A stretch of 39,846 nucleotides of DNA. Source: an uncultured Candidatus Saccharibacteria bacterium (GTDB taxonomy: Bacteria; Patescibacteriota; Minisyncoccia; 2-02-FULL-40-12; IGHO2-01-FULL-4-A). The notes under the pieces are model-generated. The model saw only the letters and a program-made list of their open reading frames with translations, had not been told where the DNA came from and ran no database searches. The position numbers and the translations under genes were made by a program. This document shows positions 19,459-27,402 of this stretch, in pieces; position 1 is the stretch's first letter, and each line of letters starts with the position of its first letter. The stretch lies in assembly GCA_964423175.1 (NCBI GenBank), contig CAYRDM010000001.1, forward strand, positions 1 to 39,846, read 5' to 3'.

Positions 19459-20742
19459 ATGAATGGGCTCAATCCAAAACAAATCCCGCAGGAAAGCGGG
19501 GTATATTTTTTCAAAGACGACAAAGGCAACATCCTTTATATAGGAAAGGCTTCAAATTTAAGGAATCGTGTTTCCTCCTATTTTAAGGTTAGCCAAACGA
19601 ACAGCAGAATAGTTAAAATGCTCGAAACCTCTACTAACGTTACATGGCAGATAACAGCGTCAGAAATAGAAGCCCTCATCCTGGAATCCCAGTTAATCAA
19701 AAAAAACAAACCCCCTTTCAATGTAATGCTTCGTGATGATAAGCAGTATTTTTATGTCGTATTCACAAACGAAACTTTTCCAAAAATTTTTCTAACCCAC
19801 CAGCCCCAATCTCAAGATTCACTTGGAAAAAATAAAATAGTCGGACCCTTTACCGACGGGCTATCTCTCAAAACCACCTTGCGACTGTTGCGCAAGATTT
19901 TCCCCTATTGTTCCTGCAAACAAAAACATAACAATTTTTGTTTAAATTATCATATTGGCAAATGTCTTGGTTTTTGCTGCCTCAAAAATCCAAAAATAAA
20001 GCAGGGAGAAGTCCAAGAGTATCAAAAGAACATTTTGGCAATTAAAAACTTATTATCGGGTAAAAAGAATTCACTGATAAAGGCATTCGAGAAAAAAATG
20101 AATGAACTCGGAGAATCTGGTGACTTCGAAAAAGCAATTGAATTAAGAGATAAGATTTCAAAACTTAAAAGAATCTTTGAAAACGCTTTGATTTTGAGAA
20201 CGGCCAAAGAAACAAATTTTTATGACACAAACAATCCGACGCTTAAAAAAATAAAAACAATATTAAAACTAGGATCAATCCCCCAAAGAATAGAGGGTTA
20301 TGACATCTCAAACATTCAAGGAAAAATGGCAGTGGGCTCTATGGTCGTCTTTACCAATGGCCAACCAGACAAAAAAAATTACCGCAAGTTTAAAATCAAA
20401 TCGTCCCAAAGCCCAGATGACACCGCCATGCTTAAAGAAGTGTTGGTCAGGAGATTCAAACATCCAGAGTGGGATTTTCCTCATTTGATATTAATAGATG
20501 GCGGCAAAGGCCAACTCAGCGCGGCGGAATCCTGCGTTCCAAAAAACATCTCTATAGTTGCGCTAACAAAAAATGACAAGCACAGAGGCGATCACATTTA
20601 TGCAGCCAAACAAAAAGCGGCTATGCCGCTTGAAAAATTATCATCTGACGTACACAATCTTTTACTCCTTATAGACTCGGAGGCACACAGATTCGCAATT
20701 CGATATTATAGAGAACTCCACCTTAAAAACCAGAAAAGCTAG
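19459..20742 (+). CDS. uvrC: excinuclease ABC subunit C (UvrC), short form without the C-terminal (HhH)2 domain
   Basis: GIY-YIG domain (GVYFFKDDKGNILYIGKASNLRNRVSSYF), Cys-rich region, UVR motif (FEKAIELRDKISKLKRI), and endonuclease domain (IEGYDISNIQG ... DSEAHRFAI). It ends right after that domain. TTG 19444 is an alternative start. Confidence 0.85.
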   Translation: MNGLNPKQIPQESGVYFFKDDKGNILYIGKASNLRNRVSSYFKVSQTNSRIVKMLETSTNVTWQITASEIEALILESQLIKKNKPPFNVMLRDDKQYFYVVFTNETFPKIFLTHQPQSQDSLGKNKIVGPFTDGLSLKTTLRLLRKIFPYCSCKQKHNNFCLNYHIGKCLGFCCLKNPKIKQGEVQEYQKNILAIKNLLSGKKNSLIKAFEKKMNELGESGDFEKAIELRDKISKLKRIFENALILRTAKETNFYDTNNPTLKKIKTILKLGSIPQRIEGYDISNIQGKMAVGSMVVFTNGQPDKKNYRKFKIKSSQSPDDTAMLKEVLVRRFKHPEWDFPHLILIDGGKGQLSAAESCVPKNISIVALTKNDKHRGDHIYAAKQKAAMPLEKLSSDVHNLLLLIDSEAHRFAIRYYRELHLKNQKS

Positions 20743-21266
20743 TTGCAAAAATTCTCTGGCAAATCAAGTTTTTTGAATTTTAGTTTTCTCAACTTAACGG
20801 GCTTGGTCAACGTTTCAACCTCAGCAACCTCAATTTTTTCTAAATATGCTTGAAGTTGTCTGCAAGTACCAAACTCCGCAAACAAACCGATGGGCATCCA
20901 ACACCAACCCTTTAAGTTAGAGGAATTCTTAGAATATATAGAACTCTTATCTCTCGCTAAACAAAAAGATTCATAATGCTGATCGTTTGAAGAAGTGAAA
21001 CTAATCCTTCTTCCAAAAGCACTTCCATTTCTAAATGTTAAGCTTTGGGCCAAATGGAAGCTCTCACGACTACCACCCGGAATAACCATCAGTCTATGGT
21101 GTTTTGGAAGATCTCTTTTTATCAAAAACAGCCCACCGCTATTTGGTACTACCTTTATACTCTGCCCCTCATCTTGAACTGTCTGTGCCACAACTAAGTC
21201 ACTCTCAAAAAAAGGACAAATAAGAATCGCCAAAACGCAAGTAAACCCTGGGATCCAGGATTTCAT
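20739..21266 (-). CDS. secreted hypothetical protein
   Basis: ATG 21266 follows GGAGG by 6 nt. It has an N-terminal signal-like hydrophobic segment. The 4-nt convergent overlap with the uvrC stop is noted. Confidence 0.5.
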   Translation of the reverse strand: MKSWIPGFTCVLAILICPFFESDLVVAQTVQDEGQSIKVVPNSGGLFLIKRDLPKHHRLMVIPGGSRESFHLAQSLTFRNGSAFGRRISFTSSNDQHYESFCLARDKSSIYSKNSSNLKGWCWMPIGLFAEFGTCRQLQAYLEKIEVAEVETLTKPVKLRKLKFKKLDLPENFCN

Positions 21267-21359
21267 CAATTACCTCCTCTTCTAATATAAAAGAACAACT
21301 AATTGTCACATAAATTTATATTTTAGTCAAGTCTAAGCACCTGTTTAACGCCCGGAAAT

Positions 21360-21810
21360 AAAAAAACCGGGTCCCGTCTCGCGACAGTACCCGGCGGTTT
21401 GGCTGTTGTGTTCTAAATCAGGATCAGCCCGGTTCTAGCCCATATGGGTATTCCCGATAGCAGGAACCGGAAACGTTGTCCGCTCACGGCGTTAGTCCAC
21501 CGCCTGCGACTATCGTTTCATCCTTGGCTTTGGGGGCTTATATCCCCCGCGGTTGTCCGCCTCCGCAATGGTCATATCAGAACGAACCTCCATCTTTCCC
21601 AGCCCGGCCCGATGAACCTCATCGTCCGGGAAATAACAACCAACGCATGCCGTGTAATTCTAAGCGGCTATTCGAACCGCGTCACGGCACCACAACAAAC
21701 CTATTTACCACCGCTGCGGCCGACCTGCCGAGGAGGAATTCCTTTTCGGGGGTGGCCAAGCGTCTGCATTCGGCTCATCGTACCTCCATAATGCCGGCTT
21801 CCAACCTTAT
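21360..21810 (-). ncRNA. unclassified, highly structured G+C-rich RNA of about 450 nt (island 1)
   Basis: Bounded by a consensus promoter and a strong terminator. There is no minus-strand ORF of 60 codons or more. Many nested helices are present, for example 21683-21689/21648-21654, 21626-21630/21603-21607, and closing helix 21801-21806/21396-21402. Family not assignable by eye. Confidence 0.6.
21367..21394 (-). terminator. intrinsic terminator of the island-1 RNA
   Basis: Minus strand CCGGGUACUGUC-GCGA-GACGGGACCCGG (11 bp, 1 mismatch, GNRA loop) followed by U7. Confidence 0.8.
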
Positions 21811-21816
21811 TTATTA

Positions 21817-21845
21817 ATTATAGCATAATTATGATATTATGTCAA
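21817..21845 (-). promoter_or_regulatory. consensus extended -10 promoter of the island-1 RNA
   Basis: Minus strand TTGACA (21840-21845), 17-nt spacer, TGc-TATAAT (21817-21822). Predicted +1 near 21810. Confidence 0.75.
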
Positions 21846-21889
21846 TATTGGCCGGCCGGTCTCAAAATGGTAGAGTAAACAATAGCTAA

Positions 21890-22225
21890 ATGGGCATTAT
21901 TATAGGCCTTTTTTCTAATATATTGGCTCTATACCTAGCCAACTTATGGGTAAGTGGTTTTGGTGTAGTTAACGGCTGGAAGGGTTACTTAATAGCGGGT
22001 ATAGTCTTGGGAATACTTAATTTTATACTGAGGCCATTGCTTAAAATAATAAGCTTCCCCCTCATAATAGTATCCCTCGGCTTGTTTTTAATAGTTATAA
22101 ATGCAATCATTCTCTGGCTAGCGGCCAGATTTACTGGATATATAATTATTGATAATAATATCGCTCTGCTTGAGGCAACACTTGTAATTGCTGCGGTTAA
22201 TTTTATCGCACACTGGTTTAAATAA
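21890..22225 (+). CDS. phage holin family IV / DUF360-type 4-TM membrane protein
   Basis: 111 aa. LNFILRPLLKIISFPLIIVSLGLFLIVINAIILWLAA matches the DUF360 core as I recall it. Confidence 0.65.
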   Translation: MGIIIGLFSNILALYLANLWVSGFGVVNGWKGYLIAGIVLGILNFILRPLLKIISFPLIIVSLGLFLIVINAIILWLAARFTGYIIIDNNIALLEATLVIAAVNFIAHWFK

Positions 22226-22435
22226 ATGATTATAAAAATAACACAATTAGTTCTAGCCATACTGCTCATCGTTACAATACTATTGCAACAGCGTGGTACT
22301 GGTCTTTCAGGCGCCTTTGGAGGCGAGGGTAGCGTTTACTCAACAAGACGCGGAATAGAAAAGATACTTTTTGTTTCCACTATCTTCATCGTGGCTTTAT
22401 TCATAGCCGTCTCCGCTCTTAGGATTATTTATTAG
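22226..22435 (+). CDS. secG: preprotein translocase subunit SecG
   Basis: 69 aa, two TMs, LLQQRGTGLSGAFGG motif. Its start directly abuts the previous stop. Confidence 0.8.
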   Translation: MIIKITQLVLAILLIVTILLQQRGTGLSGAFGGEGSVYSTRRGIEKILFVSTIFIVALFIAVSALRIIY

Positions 22436-22531
22436 GTTTAATATTTGAATTCAGTTGTATCTTCTACAACAATTTTAAATATCTAAGCCCACTCCCAAAT
22501 TAACGACTTCAACCAATTAGATAATTTTTTT

Positions 22532-24328
22532 ATGTCGGCCAAAAGCAAAAAACCCGACAGAAACAAACGTAACACGAGTTCGTTTAAGGTTTGGCTGCAA
22601 AAAAAACTTCCCTCAATACAACAACTACGCCACCTACCCAAAGTTCTCTCGGTAAAGGAACGACGCCTTGTAATGATTTTAGGCTTCGTAGCCTTGGGCG
22701 CTCTCATAAGCCTGCCAATAACAACATACCGCCACTACACCAAAATTGTTCCTTCATACGGTGGAAGTTTTTCTGAGGGAATAATCGGTTCACCCAAACA
22801 CATTAACCCGCTTTTAATTCAAAACACTGATGCCGACAAAGATCTTGTAAATTTGATATTTTCCGGACTCATGAAGTACGACGAGAAAGGTAAGATAATC
22901 ACCGACCTTGCTGATTCGTATACAGTATCTGACGATGGTCTAGTATATACTTTTAAACTCAAGAGTAACTTGAAATGGCAAGACGGCGAACCGCTCACAT
23001 CTGACGATGTAGTATTTACAATAATTACTGCGCAAAACTCAGACTATGGCAGTTCACAAAGAATCCTTTGGCAAGGTGTGGATGTAAGCAAAACGGACAG
23101 TCAAACGGTTGTTTTTAATCTCAAAAATAAATATGCGCAATTCATCGCCAATACGACTCTCGGAATTTTGCCAAAACACATATGGGAAAACATAAAGCCA
23201 TCCGGCTTTGCACTTTCAGACACCAACATTAAACCGATCGGTTCGGGCCCTTATAAATTCTCTAAAATCCGCCGAGACACTTCTGGCAATATTAAGTCCT
23301 ATGAGCTTGTCTCTTTTGATAAATATAATTTAGGCAAACCCTATATATCCAAAATAACTTTAAATTTTTATAATTCGGAAGCGGATCTTATAAAGGCCTA
23401 CAACAGCAACGAGGTTGAGAGTTTATCAGCGATCTCCGCTGCAAAATTAAAGGATATCCGTTTTTTGGGACAACTAAAATTAAAAAAACTCAAACTGCCA
23501 AGATATTTTGCTATATTTTTTAACCAGAACCACAGCAAGCCGCTGGGTGATAAAAATGTTCGTTCAGCCCTGGCAAATGCAACAGACAAACAAAGCATCT
23601 TAAAAGATTTACTCTCAGGCAACGCAGAAGTGGCAGATTCACCAATGTTACCGGGAATAATAGATCTTCCGGATTCTGTAACCAAGTATCCGTTCGATAT
23701 CGAATTAGCTAAAAAAACATTGGATAGCGCCGGCTGGACATATTCTGACCAGGACAAAATCAGAGAAAAAAGTGCGCCAGTTCCAAAAAGTAAAAAAGAA
23801 AAACAGGGCGAACCGACAAAACTAGAAATCAAATTGACAACCTCAGACTGGCCAGAATTGGTAAGCGTGGCGAACCAAATAAAGAAACAGTGGGAACAAC
23901 TCGGCATAACCGTGAACCTAGAAATACTTCCCATACCGCAACTACAACAAGCCATCAAAGAACGAGATTATGATGCTCTTCTATTCGGCGAAGTAATAGC
24001 AACGGAACCAGATCCATTTAGTTTTTGGCACTCGTCACAAAAACGAGAGCCCGGACTTAACCTGGCCCTCTACGACAACAAGGACGCTGACAAGCTTCTT
24101 GAAGATGCCAGGCTAACCCTAGATAGATCAGCACGAATGTCCAAATATGACGACTTCCAGAAGATAGTTGCCAAAGACATTCCAGCTATATTTCTTTACA
24201 GTCCTGATTTCCTTTATGCCCAGCCGTCCAAAATTAAAGGCAACACAACATATCTAATATCAACGCCATCAGACAGATTCGACACCGTTAACAACTGGTA
24301 CATAGACACCAAGCGTGTTAAAAAATAG
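22532..24328 (+). CDS. ABC transporter substrate-binding protein, family 5 (Opp/Dpp-like), membrane-anchored
   Basis: Basic N-terminus plus one TM, then family-5 SBP motifs (LMKYDEKGKIITDLADSY, LKSNLKWQDGEPLTSDDVVFT). No permease or ATPase genes are adjacent. Confidence 0.8.
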   Translation: MSAKSKKPDRNKRNTSSFKVWLQKKLPSIQQLRHLPKVLSVKERRLVMILGFVALGALISLPITTYRHYTKIVPSYGGSFSEGIIGSPKHINPLLIQNTDADKDLVNLIFSGLMKYDEKGKIITDLADSYTVSDDGLVYTFKLKSNLKWQDGEPLTSDDVVFTIITAQNSDYGSSQRILWQGVDVSKTDSQTVVFNLKNKYAQFIANTTLGILPKHIWENIKPSGFALSDTNIKPIGSGPYKFSKIRRDTSGNIKSYELVSFDKYNLGKPYISKITLNFYNSEADLIKAYNSNEVESLSAISAAKLKDIRFLGQLKLKKLKLPRYFAIFFNQNHSKPLGDKNVRSALANATDKQSILKDLLSGNAEVADSPMLPGIIDLPDSVTKYPFDIELAKKTLDSAGWTYSDQDKIREKSAPVPKSKKEKQGEPTKLEIKLTTSDWPELVSVANQIKKQWEQLGITVNLEILPIPQLQQAIKERDYDALLFGEVIATEPDPFSFWHSSQKREPGLNLALYDNKDADKLLEDARLTLDRSARMSKYDDFQKIVAKDIPAIFLYSPDFLYAQPSKIKGNTTYLISTPSDRFDTVNNWYIDTKRVKK

Positions 24329-24357
24329 GCTACTTAATTTAATTGAAATGACAGTGC

Positions 24358-24387
24358 TTGACTTTTGATATATAGCGGTGCTATAAT
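24358..24387 (+). promoter_or_regulatory. putative promoter upstream of tRNA-Leu
   Basis: TTGACT (24358-24363), 18-nt spacer, TGc-TATAAT (24382-24387). Confidence 0.6.
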
Positions 24388-24449
24388 GAAGTTACCAATA
24401 TTTAAGGCCTCTTCTCGCTTGAATTATAAATATTTATAACCACACGCGT

Positions 24450-24533
24450 GGGCGTGTGGCGGAACTGGCATACGCGTACGCTTCAGGAGCGTATGAGAGC
24501 AATCTCTTGAGGGTTCAAATCCCTCCACGCCCA
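24450..24533 (+). tRNA. tRNA-Leu (anticodon CAG), CCA not encoded
   Basis: Acceptor GGGCGTG/CACGCCC; anticodon stem TACGC/GCGTA with loop TTCAGGA. It has a long variable arm, T-arm GAGGG-TTCAAAT-CCCTC and discriminator A. Confidence 0.9.
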
Positions 24534-24544
24534 CAGAATTATTT

Positions 24545-25009
24545 TTGACACAAGAAAAACCGAAAATCATATTGTTCGATTCTTATGTTCAAGCGATTAG
24601 AAACAGCGTAAATTCGCGTTTATTTAGAAACCTTTATATTAATTATTCGGGCAAGAAAGAAGATGTCCTAGAAAATGGCCGCTTCTCTTGTGCTGTATTT
24701 GTTTCCTCGGTTTTATATCTTTATAAATTAATTTCCGATGTCCACGCCACAGTAGCTGGCAGTGTAACGGATCTTGAAAAATCCGGATGGGAACAAATAC
24801 CCAAGCCTGAGATTGGCTCTGTTATTGTTTGGGAAAACCACCAATCAAATGAAGGTCACAAACATATCGGTTTCTATATAGGAGAAGATAAAGCGATAAG
24901 CAATAGTTCGAAGAAAAAACAACCAATTTTGCACCATTGGACCTTTGGAACAAAAAAAGGCCAACCTGTTCGCAAAATAGAAAAAATATTATGGAAGAAA
25001 ATAAAGTAG
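24545..25009 (+). CDS. hypothetical protein, possibly an NlpC/P60- or CHAP-like Cys-His hydrolase
   Basis: TTG start 11 nt after the tRNA. Candidate catalytic Cys (RFSCAVFVSS) and His (HKHIGFYIG) appear in the papain-like order. Weak assignment. Confidence 0.4.
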   Translation: MTQEKPKIILFDSYVQAIRNSVNSRLFRNLYINYSGKKEDVLENGRFSCAVFVSSVLYLYKLISDVHATVAGSVTDLEKSGWEQIPKPEIGSVIVWENHQSNEGHKHIGFYIGEDKAISNSSKKKQPILHHWTFGTKKGQPVRKIEKILWKKIK

Positions 25010-26871
25010 AAGTGGGCTTGGCATCAGCTAAGTCTGAAAACAATACAACGAGTACTGAACGCCCTCAAAATCAAAAAAGGCGCTCCCGATCACCTAGGTA
25101 CAAAGACCGCAGGGATTTGCCACGCCCAAGACGTCTTGTCCCCTTATTGGACAGACCGGAAAAAAGAGAAGGTTCAAGTTCTGAAGACGAAACACTCAAA
25201 ATTATTCCGCTGGGAGGTTTAGGTGAGGTAGGTAAAAACATGTGTGTAATAGAATACAAAGAAGACATCATGCTAATCGATGCTGGTTTTGGATTCCCAG
25301 AAGAAGACATGCCGGGCATTGATTATACCTTGCCGAATATTTCCTATCTCGACGGCAAACAGGACAGAATCAGAGGCCTAGTAGCAACACACGGGCACAT
25401 GGACCACATAGGAGGCATCCCCTACCTTATAAACCGCCTTGGCAATCCTCCAATATATGCTGCCAATCTGACCAGAGGTCTAATAATAAAAAGACAGCAA
25501 GAGTTTCCACATCTTCCGGAACTAGATGTTAATCTGGTTCACCCCGGAGATGTAATTAAACTAGGTCATTTTGAAGTAGAATTTTTCCACGTTAACCACA
25601 ATATTCCTGACGATACTGCTGTTATAATCACAACACCAGCTGGAAGAATAGTTCACACAGCCGACTTTAAATTCGACCCCAAACCATTAAACGAAGAGCC
25701 CGTTAACTTAGACTTCATTAAAAGCATCGGTGACAGAGGTATTTCGGTTTTGATGTCAGACTCAACAGGCGCAGAAAAAGAAGGCAAATGTGTTTCTGAA
25801 AGCGTAATTCAAGATAACATAGAAAAAATATTCCAAGAGGCAAATGGCATGATAGTTGCTGCCACATTTTCCTCAATCATCAATCGTATTCAACAGCTTA
25901 TTACTCTTTCCGAGAAATACGGCCGCAAAGTAATCTTTGATGGTTTTAGTTTAAAGAGCAACGTCGAGATAGCCAAAGAGTTCAATCAAATAAAAATCCA
26001 AAAAGAAACTCAAATTCAAATTGGAGAAATAGACAAATACCCAAGATCAAAAATCACTCTCATCGGCACAGGCGCTCAGGGTGAAGAAAGAGCTGTTTTG
26101 ATGCGCATAGCATCAGGTGAGCACAGATATGTCCAACTGCAAAAGAAAGACTCTATTATCTTTTCCTCTTCCGTCATACCGGGCAACGAAAGAACAGTCC
26201 AAAGACTGAAAGATTTACTATATAGAATGGGAACCAAGGTTTATGACTACAACATGATGGACATTCACGCTAGCGGTCATGCCTATAAAGAAGACCTCAA
26301 GCAAATGATTAGACTCATACAACCCAAAGCCCTAATGCCGATACACGGACAATACTCCATGATGGTTAATCATGGCTATCTAGGGAATCAGGAAGGAGTT
26401 AAAGAAGAAAATACAATAATCGCTGACAACGGTTCAATAATCCATGTCTTCGATCCAAAATTTGCCAATCACAAAGAACCGATAAATTGGTGGTTCGATA
26501 AAAAAACAGTGCCTTCAGACACTATAATGGTTGACGGCCTTGGCATTGGAGATATTGGCAACGTAGTCTTGCGCGACAGACAAGTCTTGGCTGAAGATGG
26601 AATGTTCGTAATCATAGCCTTGATAGATTCAAAAACTGGCAAAGTCAGAGGCAGTCCGGATATCATATCCAGAGGATTCGTGTATCTAAAAGAAAACAAG
26701 GAACTTCTCTCTCAAGTAAGAAAGAAGATCAAATTTACTATCGAACGCAAAACAACTCGCCCAATAAACTGGGTCGACTTAAAAGACATCTTGCGAGACG
26801 AAGTTGGTCTATTCCTATTCCAAAAAACAGAGAGGCGTCCGATGGTATTACCAGTAATAATAGAGATCTAG
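24991..26871 (+). CDS. rnj: ribonuclease J with an Arg/Ser-rich N-terminal extension
   Basis: Metallo-beta-lactamase HGHMDHIGG motif, beta-CASP and C-terminal domains. The ATG at 24991 overlaps the upstream gene by 19 nt. The first roughly 75 aa are low-complexity and basic. Confidence 0.9.
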   Translation: MEENKVEVGLASAKSENNTTSTERPQNQKRRSRSPRYKDRRDLPRPRRLVPLLDRPEKREGSSSEDETLKIIPLGGLGEVGKNMCVIEYKEDIMLIDAGFGFPEEDMPGIDYTLPNISYLDGKQDRIRGLVATHGHMDHIGGIPYLINRLGNPPIYAANLTRGLIIKRQQEFPHLPELDVNLVHPGDVIKLGHFEVEFFHVNHNIPDDTAVIITTPAGRIVHTADFKFDPKPLNEEPVNLDFIKSIGDRGISVLMSDSTGAEKEGKCVSESVIQDNIEKIFQEANGMIVAATFSSIINRIQQLITLSEKYGRKVIFDGFSLKSNVEIAKEFNQIKIQKETQIQIGEIDKYPRSKITLIGTGAQGEERAVLMRIASGEHRYVQLQKKDSIIFSSSVIPGNERTVQRLKDLLYRMGTKVYDYNMMDIHASGHAYKEDLKQMIRLIQPKALMPIHGQYSMMVNHGYLGNQEGVKEENTIIADNGSIIHVFDPKFANHKEPINWWFDKKTVPSDTIMVDGLGIGDIGNVVLRDRQVLAEDGMFVIIALIDSKTGKVRGSPDIISRGFVYLKENKELLSQVRKKIKFTIERKTTRPINWVDLKDILRDEVGLFLFQKTERRPMVLPVIIEI

Positions 26872-26880
26872 AAAAATAAA

Positions 26881-26897
26881 AACGGGCTAAGCCCGTT
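26881..26897. terminator. bidirectional intrinsic terminator between rnj and the convergent gene
   Basis: AACGGGC-TAA-GCCCGTT flanked by an A-run upstream and a T-run downstream. Confidence 0.7.
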
Positions 26898-26902
26898 TTT
26901 GG

Positions 26903-27385
26903 TTAGATTGCAGATCCAGATGAAACAGGAACTAATCCTGAGTTTGGCTGCTCGATGGGAGGTCTTTCAGCAATCAATGAAAAACTTCTTCTATGCCAAA
27001 CCATTTTAACTCTTGAAAAATCATAACCGGGGAAACTTGAAGCAATGAGTTTAACAACCGCTAGCGAGAGGGCGGCATCTGTTAATCCTATTTCAAAAGC
27101 CGTGACCTCGGGATGCGTCAGCACGGCATTCAAGAAGCCAGGTCCTTCCATTTTACAAATCATTATTTCATGTTCCTGAAGATCTCCGACAGCATACCGA
27201 AAATCATCAAGATGCGGGAAAAATATTTCAAAATCGCTAACTCCAGGAAATTCTCTTTGGCAAAGATCAATCAAATCCTGCAAAGTAGTTGTCCGTTCAT
27301 CAAAAATTAAACTACCGCCAGGGCCTTTTCTCATTATCTCTCGGAATCTTATCTTACAAATACTCGTTTCATAAAATAACACCAT
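26903..27385 (-). CDS. hypothetical protein
   Basis: ORF with ATG start. No SD is obvious at 27385, so an internal Met (MRKGPGG) is possible. No family recognised. Confidence 0.45.
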   Translation of the reverse strand: MVLFYETSICKIRFREIMRKGPGGSLIFDERTTTLQDLIDLCQREFPGVSDFEIFFPHLDDFRYAVGDLQEHEIMICKMEGPGFLNAVLTHPEVTAFEIGLTDAALSLAVVKLIASSFPGYDFSRVKMVWHRRSFSLIAERPPIEQPNSGLVPVSSGSAI

Positions 27386-27402
27386 ATATGAACACTGTCA
27401 AA

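Noticed and set aside
21360-21810. Calling island 1 a tmRNA, possibly permuted two-piece, because of GACGCGGUUCGAAU and AUAGUCGCA.
   Set aside because: - The T-loop-like hairpin has a 9-nt loop and is buried in a closed stem (21648-21689).
- No G-U-containing acceptor stem or CCA context could be built.
- The putative tag would read AGGGLTP-stop, unlike any tag I know.
It is kept only as something for a permuted-tmRNA model to test.
21444-21817. Two overlapping plus-strand ORFs (115 and 113 aa) inside island 1.
   Set aside because: Their translations are Arg/Pro/Gly-rich nonsense typical of GC-rich non-coding DNA. They have no SD, overlap each other, and lie antisense to a promoter/terminator-bounded transcript.
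24329-25009. Possible genomic-island insertion next to tRNA-Leu.
   Set aside because: There is no integrase, no direct repeat of the tRNA 3' end, and the downstream genes (rnj and others) are core housekeeping.
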